A stretch of 63,092 nucleotides of DNA, the filler included, from Octopus bimaculoides (lineage: Eukaryota), in the NCBI RefSeq assembly GCF_001194135.2. It is 7 parts of 7 records of this genome, joined end to end, with 100 filler letters (N's around TTAATTAATTAA, not from the genome) between each part and the next. Parts side by side here need not be neighbours in the genome. Positions count along the whole stretch, not along the records: positions 37,477 to 51,886 come from NC_069008.1; positions 51,987 to 58,397 come from NC_068996.1; positions 58,498 to 60,308 come from NC_069003.1; positions 60,409 to 61,477 come from NW_026416167.1; 3 more parts are not named here. The stretch is one strand, 5' to 3'. This document shows, in pieces, positions 48,238 through 61,039 of the stretch. Position 1 is the first letter of the stretch, and every line of letters starts with the position of its first letter. The notes under the pieces were generated by a model. It was not told where the DNA came from. It was given only the letters and a program-made list of their open reading frames with translations, and ran no database searches. Position numbers and translations under genes: made by a program.

Positions 48238-49980
48238 ATGGGAAAAAGTGGGAAACTAAAGAATTTGACTTTTCCAGAAGATAGAAAAAAAGGGAGGCGA
48301 AAATTGTCACATGATTGTGATGTCTGTAAAAAGTCCTTCTCTCAAAGGGGCAGCTTGAATAAGCACAAGCGTGTTCATACAGGAGAGAAGCCATATCAAT
48401 GTAACATCTGTAGTAAATCATTCTCTCAAAAGGGTCACTTGAATATGCACAAACGTATTCATACAGGGGAAAAGCCATTTCACTGTGATATCTGTGGTAA
48501 ATCATTCTCTAACCGAAGTGATTTAAATTCTCACAAACGTGTTCATACAGGGGAGAAGCCATATCAGTGTAACATCTGTAGTAAATCATTCTCTCAAAGT
48601 AGTGCTTTAACTCCTCACAAACGTATTCATACTGGGGAGACACCATATTCCTGTAATATCTGCAGTAAATCATTTTCTGGCTACAGTGCTTTAACTGATC
48701 ATAAGCGTATTCATACAGGAGAGAAGCCATATCAATGTGAAATCTGTAACAAATCTTTCACTGTAAATAGTACCCTAACGAATCACAAACGTACTCATAC
48801 AGGAGAGACACCTTATTCTTGTGATATCTGTGGAAAATCATTCTCCCGGAATGACAACTTAGCTAAACATAAATATATCCATACAGGAGAGAAGCCATAT
48901 CACTGTGATGTCTGTAATAAATCTTTCTCTCTAAGTAGTACCCTAACTAATCACAAACGTATTCATACAGGAGAGACACCATATTGTTGTAATATCTGTG
49001 GTAAATCATTCTCTCAGAGTGGCAACTTAGCTTCTCACAAACGTTTCCATACAGGAGAGAAGCCATATCACTGTGATATCTGCGGTAAATCATTCTCCAT
49101 GAGTTCTAACTTAACTGGACACAAATATATTCATACAGGAGAGAAGCCATATCACTGTGATACCTGTGGTAAATTGTTCTCTACAAGTAGTTACATGACT
49201 ATACACAAACGTATTCATACCGGAGAGAAACCCTATCACTGTGATGTTTGTAGTACATCATTCTCTAACCGAAGTGCTTTAAATTCACACATACGTGTTC
49301 ATACAGGGGAGAAGCCATTTCGCTGTGACATTTGTGGTAAATCATTCTCTGGAAGTGGTAAATTATCTAACCACAAACGTATTCATACTGGAGAGAAGCC
49401 ATATCACTGTGACGTCTGTGGTAAATCCTTCTCTAACCAAAGTGCTTTCAATTCTCACAAACGTGTTCATACAGGAGAAAGGCCATATCAGTGTAACATC
49501 TGTAGTAAATCATTCTCTGACCGAAGTGCTTTCAATTCTCACAAACGTACACATACAGGAGAGAAACCATATACTTGTAATATCTGTGGTAAATCTTTCC
49601 CTCGCAACTGTGCTTTGACTGATCACAGACGTATTCATACAGGAGAGAAACCATATCACTGCAACATCTGTAACAAATCTTTCTCTGCCAGCAGTAACCT
49701 AACTACTCATAAACGTATTCATACAGGAGAGACACCATATCACTGTGATATCTGTGGTATATCATTTTCTCAGAGTAGCGCTTTAACTAGTCACAAACGT
49801 ATTCATACAGGAGAAAAGCCATATCACTGTGATATCTGTGGTCAATCATTTTCTGTAAGTAGTGCTTTAATTAGTCACAAGCGTATTCATACAGGAGAGA
49901 AACCATATCACTGTGATAGCTGTGATAAATCATTCTCTCAAAGTAGTGCTTTAACTTCTCACAAGCGTATTCATACATGA
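48238..49980 (+). CDS. C2H2 (Kruppel-type) zinc-finger protein, 20 tandem fingers, no KRAB, BTB or ZAD domain
   Basis: 20 units of C-x2-C-x12-H-x3-H joined by TGEKPY-type linkers after a 26-aa basic leader (26+19x28+22=580 aa). All zinc ligands are intact. Confidence 0.95.
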   Translation: MGKSGKLKNLTFPEDRKKGRRKLSHDCDVCKKSFSQRGSLNKHKRVHTGEKPYQCNICSKSFSQKGHLNMHKRIHTGEKPFHCDICGKSFSNRSDLNSHKRVHTGEKPYQCNICSKSFSQSSALTPHKRIHTGETPYSCNICSKSFSGYSALTDHKRIHTGEKPYQCEICNKSFTVNSTLTNHKRTHTGETPYSCDICGKSFSRNDNLAKHKYIHTGEKPYHCDVCNKSFSLSSTLTNHKRIHTGETPYCCNICGKSFSQSGNLASHKRFHTGEKPYHCDICGKSFSMSSNLTGHKYIHTGEKPYHCDTCGKLFSTSSYMTIHKRIHTGEKPYHCDVCSTSFSNRSALNSHIRVHTGEKPFRCDICGKSFSGSGKLSNHKRIHTGEKPYHCDVCGKSFSNQSAFNSHKRVHTGERPYQCNICSKSFSDRSAFNSHKRTHTGEKPYTCNICGKSFPRNCALTDHRRIHTGEKPYHCNICNKSFSASSNLTTHKRIHTGETPYHCDICGISFSQSSALTSHKRIHTGEKPYHCDICGQSFSVSSALISHKRIHTGEKPYHCDSCDKSFSQSSALTSHKRIHT

Positions 49981-52159
49981 GAAAAACCTTTTCTCTCTAA
50001 GTGGTGACTAGACCCTTTATCATGCAGTTAATTCTGTCGAATGTGATGTTTGTTTATTCACATTATTTTCAATTTGTCATACATTCACAGCTTTCAAAGT
50101 TTGCTGATGTGATTGTGTATTTTTAGAATGACATTGTTGCGTAGATGTAAGAGGCCGACTCTGACTAGTTTGAATATAAAATAAGTAGAATAATTGGGCC
50201 AGATATGACAAGTTTAAATACTAAAGAGTGGACACTAGATGTACCAACATTTCTTTCTTCTTACAATGACCATAGCGGTCATTTTTGACTGTCATTGAAA
50301 ATCTTATTTAATACAATATATTTTAAATATCAGCAAATGCAGTGAATAAAGGATTTGAAAGTACAGTCTTTTAGCATTTATTTACATGCAAAAAATATAT
50401 ATCTCTACACATATGAAATGATGCTTATGATTGCACCATTCAATAGAGTTGTAGAAATTAAAAAGTAAAAAGCAAAAGTGATGATAAATGACCGCTCGGT
50501 ACTGCGAGTGTTAACTGTGTATCCATATAGATGTGTGACTATCAATGAGACCATTTATAAGAACAATAAGCATTTTGAGCTCCTCCTAAAATGGTGGTAG
50601 TGTTGTGGGTTTTCTCCATGGCAACAACCAAACTACTCATCAGGGAATTGCTGTAATTGTCAAAATTGACTCTATGCCAAAAAGAAAACAAGGGACACTC
50701 TGTAACTATATATGTATTCACACAGAAATGGAGAAAGAACAGTGTGTAATAACAGCCTTCCAACTCTATAGTTTATTTCACAAGACCTAAGATAGCTTAC
50801 CTGTGGGATATTTCTCTTTAATAAAAGCAATTTTTTCCAGATTTTAAATTTGTTTTGCATGAATTTTGTGAAAACTAATAGGTGTGGCTGTGTGGTAAGC
50901 AGCTTAATTCCCAACTACATGGTTCTGCATGGCACCTTGGACTGGTTTTTTTCTACTATCACCCCCCCCCCCCAGGCCAAACAACCCTTTGTGAGTGGGT
51001 TTATTAGAAGGAAAGTGAAAGAAACCCATCATTTATATATGTAGGAAGCATATTGTCTACCTGGCTATTAAGCTTTGAATGAGAGTCTGGTCCAGCCTTC
51101 CAACCCATGCCAGCATGGACAACAGACATTAAATGATGATGATAATGTGTTTATTTCAGTGTTGTCAACATTGATCATGTTATTAGGGTTGGACTAAATC
51201 TGTTGCAGAGATCAAATGGTCTTAAGTAGCCATTTGAATGTTTTAGCAACTGTTTTTTTGTACCAAAGCAGAAAAATTCTCTTCCTGTCCACCAGTTGTT
51301 ATATAAGGAATGGTCCCTCACGCCTTTAGCAGAGAGAAGAAGGGAGTAAGATGAGATCACAACTACCAATGCCCAGCACAATTAAACCATGAACATGCTA
51401 CAGAATTTCAACTGTTCCAGATAGAGCTCGTTACAACTTGCAAAACGAGTTACTTCACAATATGCGAGACATTTGCCATGTATTTTTATAAGAGGTTGTA
51501 ATAAATAAATAACAGTTGCATTCAATTTACCTGGTTCTTGTTATTTGTTTATATAAGGGTAACTCCAGGCACACAGACTAGACCAGTTAATGCATAACCA
51601 ACACAACTACATCAAGATGAACCAATTAGTTAACTTAGGCAAAACACCAAACCATCACTCATTATATATATGTGTATGTCTTCCAGTATTGCTTGACAAC
51701 TGGTGTTGCTGTGTTTCTCCGATTCTCATTCTCTCATTTTTTTCCTACTTTTCTTCTCTACTAGCAGTTGCCACATTCGGTAATAATGTCTTACGGTTGA
51801 GTTGATTTTTATGCATTTCCCTGAAGAGAAGATTACATCTTTCTCAACATCGTTCATTCCTTTGGAACGAACCAATTGTAATCGTCNNNNNNNNNNNNNN
51901 NNNNNNNNNNNNNNNNNNNNNNNNNNNNNNTTAATTAATTAANNNNNNNNNNNNNNNNNNNNNNNNNNNNNNNNNNNNNNNNNNNNAGAGAAGAGAGTGA
52001 GAGAGAAGAGAGTGAGAGAGAAGAGAGTGAGAGAGAAGAGAGTGAGAGAGAAGAGAGTGAGAGAGAGGGAAGAGGGGTATGGGGGAGAGAAAGAGAGAAA
52101 GAGAAAGAAAGTAAGAGAGAGGGAAAGAGAGAAGAGAGTGAGAGAGTAAGGGTGTTGTG

Positions 52160-52370
52160 TATCTATGTATTTGTGTGTCTGTGTTATCCCCCCACCATCG
52201 CTTGACAATCAATGTTGGTGTGTTATTGTCCCTGTAACTTAGCATTTCAGCAAGAGACCAATAGAATAAATGCTAGGCTGACAAAGAATAAGTCTTGGGG
52301 TTGATTAGTTTGACTAAAGGTGATGCTCCAGCATGGCCGCAGTCAACTGACTGAAACAAGTAAAAGAGTA
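52160..52370 (+). mobile_element. SINE family B, 3' half
   Basis: ccccccaccatcgcttgacaa...ctccagcatggccgcagtcaactgactgaaacaagtaaaagagt. Confidence 0.8.
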
Positions 52371-52472
52371 CATATATANNNNNNNNNNNNNNNNNNNNNN
52401 NNNNNNNNNNNNNNNNNNNNNNNNNNNNNNNNNNNNNNNNNNNNNNNNNNNNNNNNNNNNNNNNNNNNNNNN

Positions 52473-52735
52473 CGGACCAGGCTGTGTGTTGTGTTCTTGA
52501 GCAAGACACTTTATTTCATGTTGCTCCAGTTCATTCATCTGTAGAAATGAGTTGTGATGTCACAGGTGCCAAGCTGTATCGGCCCCTTTGTCTTTCCTTG
52601 GATAACATCAGTGGCATAGAGAGGGGAGGCTGGTATGCATGGGCAATTGCTGGTCTTCCATAAACAACCTTGCCCAGATTTCTGTGTGTGTGTGTGGGGG
52701 GGGGGGTTCTAGGTGCAATCCTACAGTCATTCATG
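52473..52735 (+). mobile_element. Additional SINE-like element (head in gap)
   Basis: gttcttgagcaagacactttatttcatgttgctccagttcattcatctgtagaaatgagt is a typical SINE central-domain-like stretch. The family is not assigned. Confidence 0.5.
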
Positions 52736-54129
52736 ACTGGGTGTATGGATAATTTCAGAAATCCCTGGCAGTGTCATCAGGAAACAAGATGTATGTAGAA
52801 TGATCCAAATGCACACAGAGTAATGAAACTGTTCTTGCAAACATTTGTCCAGTGCCTGAGAATTTCTGTTTTGTGTGTAAAAATTGTTCCACTGCTTTCT
52901 TTTGGCTGAGAAGGAAAGGCAGCCTTTGCCTGTCTAGTGGTTTTGGCAAAAGAGGTTGTGTAGTGGACAAGATTGAAAAGCTAAAAACAGCACTCATCAA
53001 CTTTTGCAAGCTTCACTTGAAAAGGAAAGTGAGGGTAGTAAAGGAAGTGCTTTCTCTCAGCAAATTTTTTGAAAAATGAATGAGGGTAGTGAACATTGTC
53101 CAAGTGAACATGTGCTTATAGGTTGGAGGAAGACGAGAGGATAAGGGTGAAAGTGATTGTGGGTTTATGGAGTTTTCATGAGTAACCTTCAAAAGTCCTC
53201 GCTTTTAAGAAAATCATTGTTTGAATTTTTTGTTTTTCGTTTCTGCTATTTAATTTGTAAATGCTTTTATGTAACCCCCACATTACATCATCATGTACTG
53301 TCACCCTAATGTTCTTGTCAACTCTTAGTCGTTAAATCAAAAAAACATAATTATCATCATCATCAACTTTATTCTTATCATCATCATAATTTTTATTATC
53401 CTTAACTTCTTCATTGTAATTATTAAAATATTAATATTATTGTCATTATAATTATCAACTTCGTCCCTATGGTCATAATTATTATCAACTACTTCCTTAT
53501 TGTCACTTTAATTATAATTATCAACTCCATCTTTATCATACTGATAGTCAACATCCTTATCACAGTTACCGATATTTAATAGTTTTATTTTCTTTAGAGT
53601 AGACTTTCACTGCATTACCAAGCAGATACTTGCAGGTATTTACTATTTTCAGTACTCTATGTTTCAGTATTTGGCAACACATGGCATCATACTATAGATG
53701 CAACCAGTAGATGTAGCCTATAGGACCAGCATGAAGCAAACACATCATCAGACAATAGAAAAAAATGTATTTTAGTTCAATAGATTACTATATACAGGTA
53801 GTGGTTAGTGATTTTCTTTATTACATCAGTGAGTAATGTCCCTGCCTGACACGAGTCGTGGGCTCAGCTGGCTCCAGCTGACAGTACCTGGTATGGGCCC
53901 CTATCCAGGGTTACGAAAAGGAGACAACCTTCAAAGAAATCCGGAGTGGAGCCCCATAGGCAGTTTAGTGTTCAATTCGACACTCTTCCGGCAGTTCTTG
54001 CAGCCAAGCTGGTGCCAAACGTAATGCTCTGTACTCCTTTGGACTACGTCAGCAAGGTCGAGAGAGGAAGCCTGACGATTGGGCTACCCAGGATTTTCTT
54101 CCAACTAGCCTGTTGTTGGCACTCCGTCG

Positions 54130-54480
54130 CTTACGACGTCGAGGGTTCCAGTTGATCCGATCAATGGAACAGCTTGCTCGTGAAATTAATGTGCAAGTGG
54201 CTGAGCACTCCACAGACACGTGTACCCTTAACGTAGTTCTCGGGGATATTCAGCATGACACAGAGTGTGACAAGGCTGACCCTTGAAATACAGGCACAAC
54301 AGAAACAGGAAGTAAGAGTGAGAGAAAGAGTACAGCAGGGTTCGCCACTATCCCCTGTCAGAGCCTCGTGGAACTTTAGGTGTTTTCGCTCAATAAACAC
54401 TCACAATGCCGGGTCTGGGAATCGAAACTGCGATCCTATGACCGCGAGTCCGCTGCCCTAACCACTGGGCCATTGCGCCT
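54130..54480 (-). mobile_element. SINE family D copy
   Basis: Collinear with 44399-44717. The head ends ...accactgggccattgcgcct on the plus strand. Confidence 0.85.
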
Positions 54481-54870
54481 TCACACATCTAGCCTAGACC
54501 TACACAAAACTGAAGATGACACTTCAGTGCTGCTGTTTATGTAAAAACCAGACTGGATTATTTAATGCACAACTCCATTGTCTCCTGAGACAAAAGGATG
54601 ACAACACACACAGGATTACTATATACATGTTTAACTTGTATTTCTTTTACATTTCTCTGACAATGTATTTGCTCCACAGTGTTCCATGCTGGTTTCATAT
54701 TTTCTATCATATTGACAATACTCTGGGGCAATGGGGTCTCAACTGGCATCCATTTGACCTTTGGAGGTCCATCTAAGATTTTGTTAAAATTTATCTGCAA
54801 GAAATTGATTATACTCCTAAAATACACAAAATTTCTTTATTTTTTTTTTTATACAATTCCTTATAATATT

Positions 54871-55247
54871 TACTCTTTTACTTGTTTCAATCATTTGACT
54901 GCGGCCATGCTGGAGCACCACCTTTAATCGAGCAAATCGACCCCAGGACTTATTCTTTGGAAGCCTAGTACTTATTCTATCGGTCTCTTTTGCTGAACCT
55001 CTAAATTACAGGGACGTAAACATACCACCACCAGTTGTCAAGCGATGTTGGGGGACAAACACATACATATATATACATATATATGACGGGCTTGTTTCAG
55101 TTTCCGTCTACCAAATCCACTCACAAGGTTTTGGTCAGCCCGAGGCTACAGTAGAAGACACTTGCCCATGGTGCCCCGCAATGGGACTGAACCCGGAACC
55201 ATGTGGTTGGTAAGCAAGCTACTTACCACACAGCCACTCCTGTGCCT
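54871..55247 (-). mobile_element. SINE family B, full length
   Basis: The minus strand runs from the head ggcacaggagtggctgtgtggtaagtagcttg...ccgggttcagtccc to the tail gaaacaagtaaaagagta. Confidence 0.9.
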
Positions 55248-55608
55248 ATTTAATTATGAAAATATAATAGGAATTTTGGAACACTGAATGGCTCTGGAGG
55301 TTGAGTAGAATAAAAAAGGAATCAAAGGGATCCATAAGAAAAAAAAAAAAAATGGTGAGAAACCACAGCTCTACATAATACATGTGAACAGTGACTAGTA
55401 GTGTTTTGTCTGTACTCATTTACTAGTTTTATTTAGTCACTGGAGTGAAACCATATTGGGGAAACCACCTCAAAGTATGAACCCCAATACTTATTTGTTA
55501 AAGTTTGGTTCCTATCAATTTATGTCCCTTACAGGAACATAAATCAACACCAGCAGGATCAAACAAACACATGCACACACATCCATGCATTCTTACAAAC
55601 ATGTATGT

Positions 55609-55670
<62 letters not shown>

Positions 55671-56379
55671 GTTGTAGTTATTAGTAATGGATTTGCAAAA
55701 TAGCAATCTATATATCATACTCAAGGCATATATACTGTTAAAAGTATACTGAACTGCAATATTTGTCTTGAGAAAGCATCTCTTGTAGACATATATCTCT
55801 GTTTTTTAAATTTATGCATCAATAAGAGATGCTCTCTCAAGACTAATACCACAGTTTAGCAGGCTTTCAACAATATATGATACACAGATATATATATGTA
55901 TAAATACATGTGTGTGTATACACATAAAATATTGAAGGGGAACAAAGATATTAATCTCTCTCTCTCTCAACAATCTAGTACAGAGATGTGAGTCAGTCCC
56001 TTGCGCATAAGTATAATGCACAAGATCTCCAGAGGCTCAACATTGCCTTGGAGGATGCAGAGGGAACCACCTGTGATGGAGAGCACAGGTGGACCTGGTC
56101 AGCTCTACGCATGATGATGCTTCTGGGATCGTTAACTTGGAATGACCCCAGCCTCATCAAGCAAGTAGCCAAGCCATATACACACACGACAAGCTTCCAC
56201 ACAGTTTCCATCTATCAAATTCACTCACAAAAATTTGGTTCAGCTGGGGTTATAGCAGAAGACGCTTGTCCAAGGTACCATGCAGTGGGACTGAACCCAA
56301 AACCACATGATTGCAATATGAACTTCTTAACCATACAGCTGTGCCAGTGCCTATGTTCATTATTTTGCTGTCAGTGTAA

Positions 56380-57015
56380 TGGCAGACTCGGTACAATGTT
56401 GGCTAAAATGCCTAGAAGTATTTATTACAGCTCTTTACATTCTGAGTTCAAATCCTGTTGAGGTCAACTTTGCCTTTCATCCTTCAAGGATTGATGAAAT
56501 AAAGTATTTGTCAATTGCTGGGTCAGTTTAATCAACTAATCTTCTCCTTCAAAACACAAGCCTTGTACATCTATTATTATTTAGAACAGTGAAGGTGTGA
56601 GCTAACAGAATCATTAGCATGCCAGACAAAATGCTTGGCAGCAGTTTTGTTCATCTTTATGTTCTAAGTTCAAACTCCATCAAAGTCATCTTTGCCCTTC
56701 ATCCTTGCAGGGTCAATGAAATGAAATACTAGTTGAGCAATGGGGGTCAATGTAATTGGCTGGCCCCGTCCCATAAAATTTCTGGCCTTGTGCCTATAGT
56801 AGAAGGGATTACATGGAGCAATGAATGGCTGGCAGAATTGTTAAAGTGTTAGATAAAAAGGCCCTGCAATGTTTAGTTATGGTTCTTTATGTTCTGAGTT
56901 CAAATCTTGCTGAGGTTAACTTTGGCTTTCAACCTTTCAGAGTCAATAAAGAACCAGTCAAGACAACAGCATCCCCAAACTACTCCAGCAAGTTTCAGAC
57001 TTTGTGCCTGTACTA
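56380..57015 (+). mobile_element. Three tandem degraded SINE family A copies
   Basis: The block tgagttcaaa...gtcaactttgcctttcatcctt recurs at about 56445, 56665 and 56895. Confidence 0.8.
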
Positions 57016-57319
57016 GTAATGATTCATCTTACAACCACCACCACCACCACCACCACTACTTCATCTTTGATTTTAAAGTTATATAAAGCATTTTTTTTTT
57101 TAAACTTTTATCATCACTGCTTAAAGTTTAGCAAGCTATTCTGTTGCAAGAATTCAGACAGTTTCTAAACTAAGGATAACTGTCACCCTTCCTCCAACCA
57201 ACAACGAAGACTCTAAGATGTATTGCATACACTATCCTACTATCCTTCCCTTAACTCTTTTCAGACTGCCCCTCATTTTACGATGCAAACATCCTGTTTT
57301 AAAATCAACTATATTTAAA

Positions 57320-57379
57320 CTTTCCATCAAAATTCCTTACGCTTTCCATCAAAATTCCTTACGCTTTCCATCAAAATTC
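57320..57379. repeat. 22-bp tandem repeat x2.7
   Basis: Unit ctttccatcaaaattccttacg. Confidence 0.9.
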
Positions 57380-59799
57380 TAAACACTGTCTTAAAATTTT
57401 TAGAACAAAGCCAGCAAGTTCGAGGTGGTGGGGAGTCGATTACATGTTTTATGAACCCTTAAAGGATGAAAAGCAAAGCCAACCTCAGTGGAATTTGAAC
57501 TCAGAATGTGAAGATGAACAAAATGCTACTAAGCATCTTGTCCAGTCTGCTAACGGTTCCATCAGCTCGCTGCCTTAAACACTGACTTAATCATGACAAA
57601 ATGATTTTACAAAATTCTTCATTATTTTCATGTATATTCTTTTTTTTTCTTATCTTTTTTTATGATTGCATGTTGCTTCCCCGTTTCCTGCTTATCATAC
57701 TATCTAGCAACCCACCCACTTCTCCTCACCTTGTACTTTGAGGAGCTTCTTGAGCACCTTATCTCCATTATCAATCTCTTTGCAGTGCCTACTGATCATT
57801 GCACCCTCACCTTACTAAATGTGAGTAACTATGCAGCTTTTCCACAAGAACCTGCTTTGGACCCCCACCCACACACATACTTCCCTCCATAAAAACCTTG
57901 CCAAAGCAGACAGACGCTGGAGAACAGTGCAGTCCTTGGATCCATTGGAACCTGTCAAACCATCCAACCCATACCATCATGAAACATGGATGTTAAATGA
58001 TGATGATAAATTGAAACAAAGGTAGTATGTTTCAACAGAAATATGGTAACAAAAGGGTTACAAAAAAATAAAAGAATGAAGAACATGAAATAAAAAATAT
58101 ATGTACACACATGGTTAAGGTTAAATATTTCCAGAGAATGCTCTCTCTCTCTTCTTTTTCTCTGGCCAGGTAACCATGTACCTCCTCCACAGCAAAGAAA
58201 TCTGTTTCTGTCTCTCTGTCACACACTAACCTTTCATTCTCTGACACAAGTTCCCCTCCTCAAGTGCCCCTGCCCCTCTCAAAATTCTTTGTCTTGCGAG
58301 TTACTTGATGATCCTGCCAGCTCTGGTGCCATGTAAAAAGTGTCCAGTCCGCACTGTGAAGTGGTTGGCATTTGGAAGGGCATCCAGCTGTAAAAACNNN
58401 NNNNNNNNNNNNNNNNNNNNNNNNNNNNNNNNNNNNNNNNNTTAATTAATTAANNNNNNNNNNNNNNNNNNNNNNNNNNNNNNNNNNNNNNNNNNNNTAT
58501 ATAAAAGAAATAACTGAAATTCAGTCTTTCCAGTATTCCATAAGTAAATGCCCAGAGCAGTCTTTATAGAAACCACCTAATAAGTAAATAATTAAGTACA
58601 TGAATGAATATTAAACTGATTCTATGTAATCTTTCCTTTTTAATGTTGAAACTTGATATATAGTCATATTTTATCTACTTTGGTTATGATATCATTTTTG
58701 ATAGTCTTAAATTTTATCTGTATGTAACATAACAATATTGTTTATAAACAATCACCCATAGTACCCCATGAAAAAATTTTCTCTGTATTAACATTACAGG
58801 TTTTATTAGCATCTTGCCCCTTTAACTGATAATTAACATCTTGATTTGGGGTCTTCCCTACCCAGCCCCCTTTATAGACAGATACCTTATACCCAATTTA
58901 CTACTCCTAAAATCTTGACAATATTTATGACCATACCTAGCCATGAGCTGTCAACTCATTCTTGCCCTTCATTGTAAAAGGACACAGTCCTCTAATCCTA
59001 GATTTAGTAGTTGATAAAAAGACTAATAAATTAAAAATGAACCACAATACTTTACAAGCTATGACACCAGTAAGCTTCATGCATTTCCTCGAAGTGTAGT
59101 TTATTCTTAGCTCCAAAAGCAACAACATGGATTTCTTCCTTCTTCGTGCTCTGTTAAAGTATTTGAGTAAAAATATATTAACATGTCCCACTGATTAAAT
59201 TCTATTTATTTATTTGTGCAGCTGATGATAGCCCTGCATTTAAATTGATGTAATGATTGCATTGTTCAATTAAATGTATGTACATACATAATACATTACA
59301 TACATACGACGTATGTATGTATAACTTTGCCTTTCTCTCCTACCGCCTATTTTTTCCTCTACTTTGCCCAAACTTTTTCCTTTTTTCTGATGATGGACTA
59401 TCGTCCAAACCGTCAAAGACGTTTTTCTTCCTTTTAAGCGTTAAATTGATAACATCTTTGTTAAAACTTATCCCTCTTTCGTCTTCCGTTTTTGTTTTTT
59501 TTACCAGTATATGTTGAGTGTGGGTGGTGCAACAGATTTGTTTCTATATCGTTAAATTAACAGGATGAGCCTTACTCCTCACTTAAAATCTATCTTTATA
59601 TCATTAAATGACTTAAACTACTGCAATCTAAAACTATATGAAATAAACTAACCAAGAACCTTAAAATAACAGAATCTAAAACTAAAATACGTCAGCAGAC
59701 AAACACTACAACCAAATATCAAAATCCAAACCAAAATCTTATCAACATAGAAGCAGTCATACCCCGAAATATATAGTTGCCATTCAGTCTGATAACCTT

Positions 59800-60062
59800 A
59801 GAAACATTACTAACACAAGAATGCACTTAATAAAACTGGAAAATGCTCTCCTCAGCTACCGAATAGACGTCAATGTGATTTCGTACTTATAGGCAGGAAA
59901 CCACTTTTGTCGGTGCCAATCAAATCTTAGAAACATAATCTCACGCTACTTAGAAATATGTTAGGGAATATAGTAATAGTTTGCACCCAGATCTTGACTA
60001 AAGACTTATCCATCTATAACCCGCTTACATTGTAGCACCAATTTACCAAGTTCCAGTAAATT

Positions 60063-60112
<50 letters not shown>

Positions 60113-60310
60113 CGTGCGTGCGTTCCGAAGCTTTTATTCTCTTTAATGCTGCCATGTGCATCAGATGATTTACACAATGTGGAGAATATACCAGCAGCAT
60201 TGCCCAAAATTACCCGAACAACTTCAACGTCATGTTTACAATTCGTCCAAGTTTAGGGCCCCTAAACAAATCAGGCTCACAACACATAATCGCATAACGA
60301 CAATTATTNN
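59800..60310 (+). mobile_element. Degraded LINE APE-endonuclease region (RTE-like)
   Basis: LIKLENALLSYRIDVNVIS and QFVQV*GP resemble the 'LELExxxxxxDIxxLSE' and 'IIQVYAPT' motifs. It is interrupted by (GT)n. Confidence 0.45.
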
Positions 60311-60457
60311 NNNNNNNNNNNNNNNNNNNNNNNNNNNNNNNNNNNNNNNNNNTTAATTAATTAANNNNNNNNNNNNNNNNNNNNNNNNNNNNNNNNNNNN
60401 NNNNNNNNAATAACAATAATAATAATAATAATAATAATGATGATGATGATAATAATA

Positions 60458-60952
60458 AGAGATCACAGAAAATGAGAAAGCAACCATACTCTGGGATATG
60501 TCAATACACAGAGATATTAAGGCCAATAGGCCGGATATAGTTGTCAGAGATCACTAAGAAAAAAAATACGCTTTTTAATCGATGTATCAATACCAACAGA
60601 TGACAATGTTTCTCTAAAAGAAACGGAGAAACTTTCAAAATACAAAGATCTGGAAATAGAGGTAACTCGAATGTGGAATATAAAAACAGAAACAATTCCT
60701 ATCGTAGTAGGCGCATTAGGTATGATTTAAAAAAAAGCAAAACATTCAGGCAAATGCCTAACAGAAGCAGGACTTACAAGTATTTATAACATACAAAAAA
60801 TAGCACTACTAGGCACCGCACATATCCTACGTAAAACAATTTCAATACAGTGAAAATAAGAGCTCCACAACAAGCCACTGCACATATCCTAGGCACACAG
60901 AGCTGCGCTCGGTCGTGCAGTGAAAGCACGTGATAACAATAAGACTACTGAG
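60458..60952 (+). mobile_element. 5'-truncated R4/Dong-clade retrotransposon 3' end (RLE endonuclease plus 3' UTR) inside (TAA)n
   Basis: ENEKATILWDMSIHRDIKANRPDIVVRDH* and FLIDVSIPTDDNVSLKETEKLSKYKDLEIEVTRMWNIKTETIPIVVGALGMI give a PD..D..K restriction-like endonuclease. It has (AAT/GAT)n on the left and (TAA)n immediately 3'. Confidence 0.88.
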
Positions 60953-61039
60953 TAATAATAATAATAATAATAATAAATGATGATGATAAGGATGATGAAG
61001 AATTATTTCATTAACGACAATGGCGAAAGAAGTTGGGAA

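Noticed and set aside
48173-49618. Antisense and alternate-frame ORFs within the zinc-finger gene, and small ORFs within the propeller gene
   Set aside because: They are by-products of the repetitive codon structure of the real CDSs.
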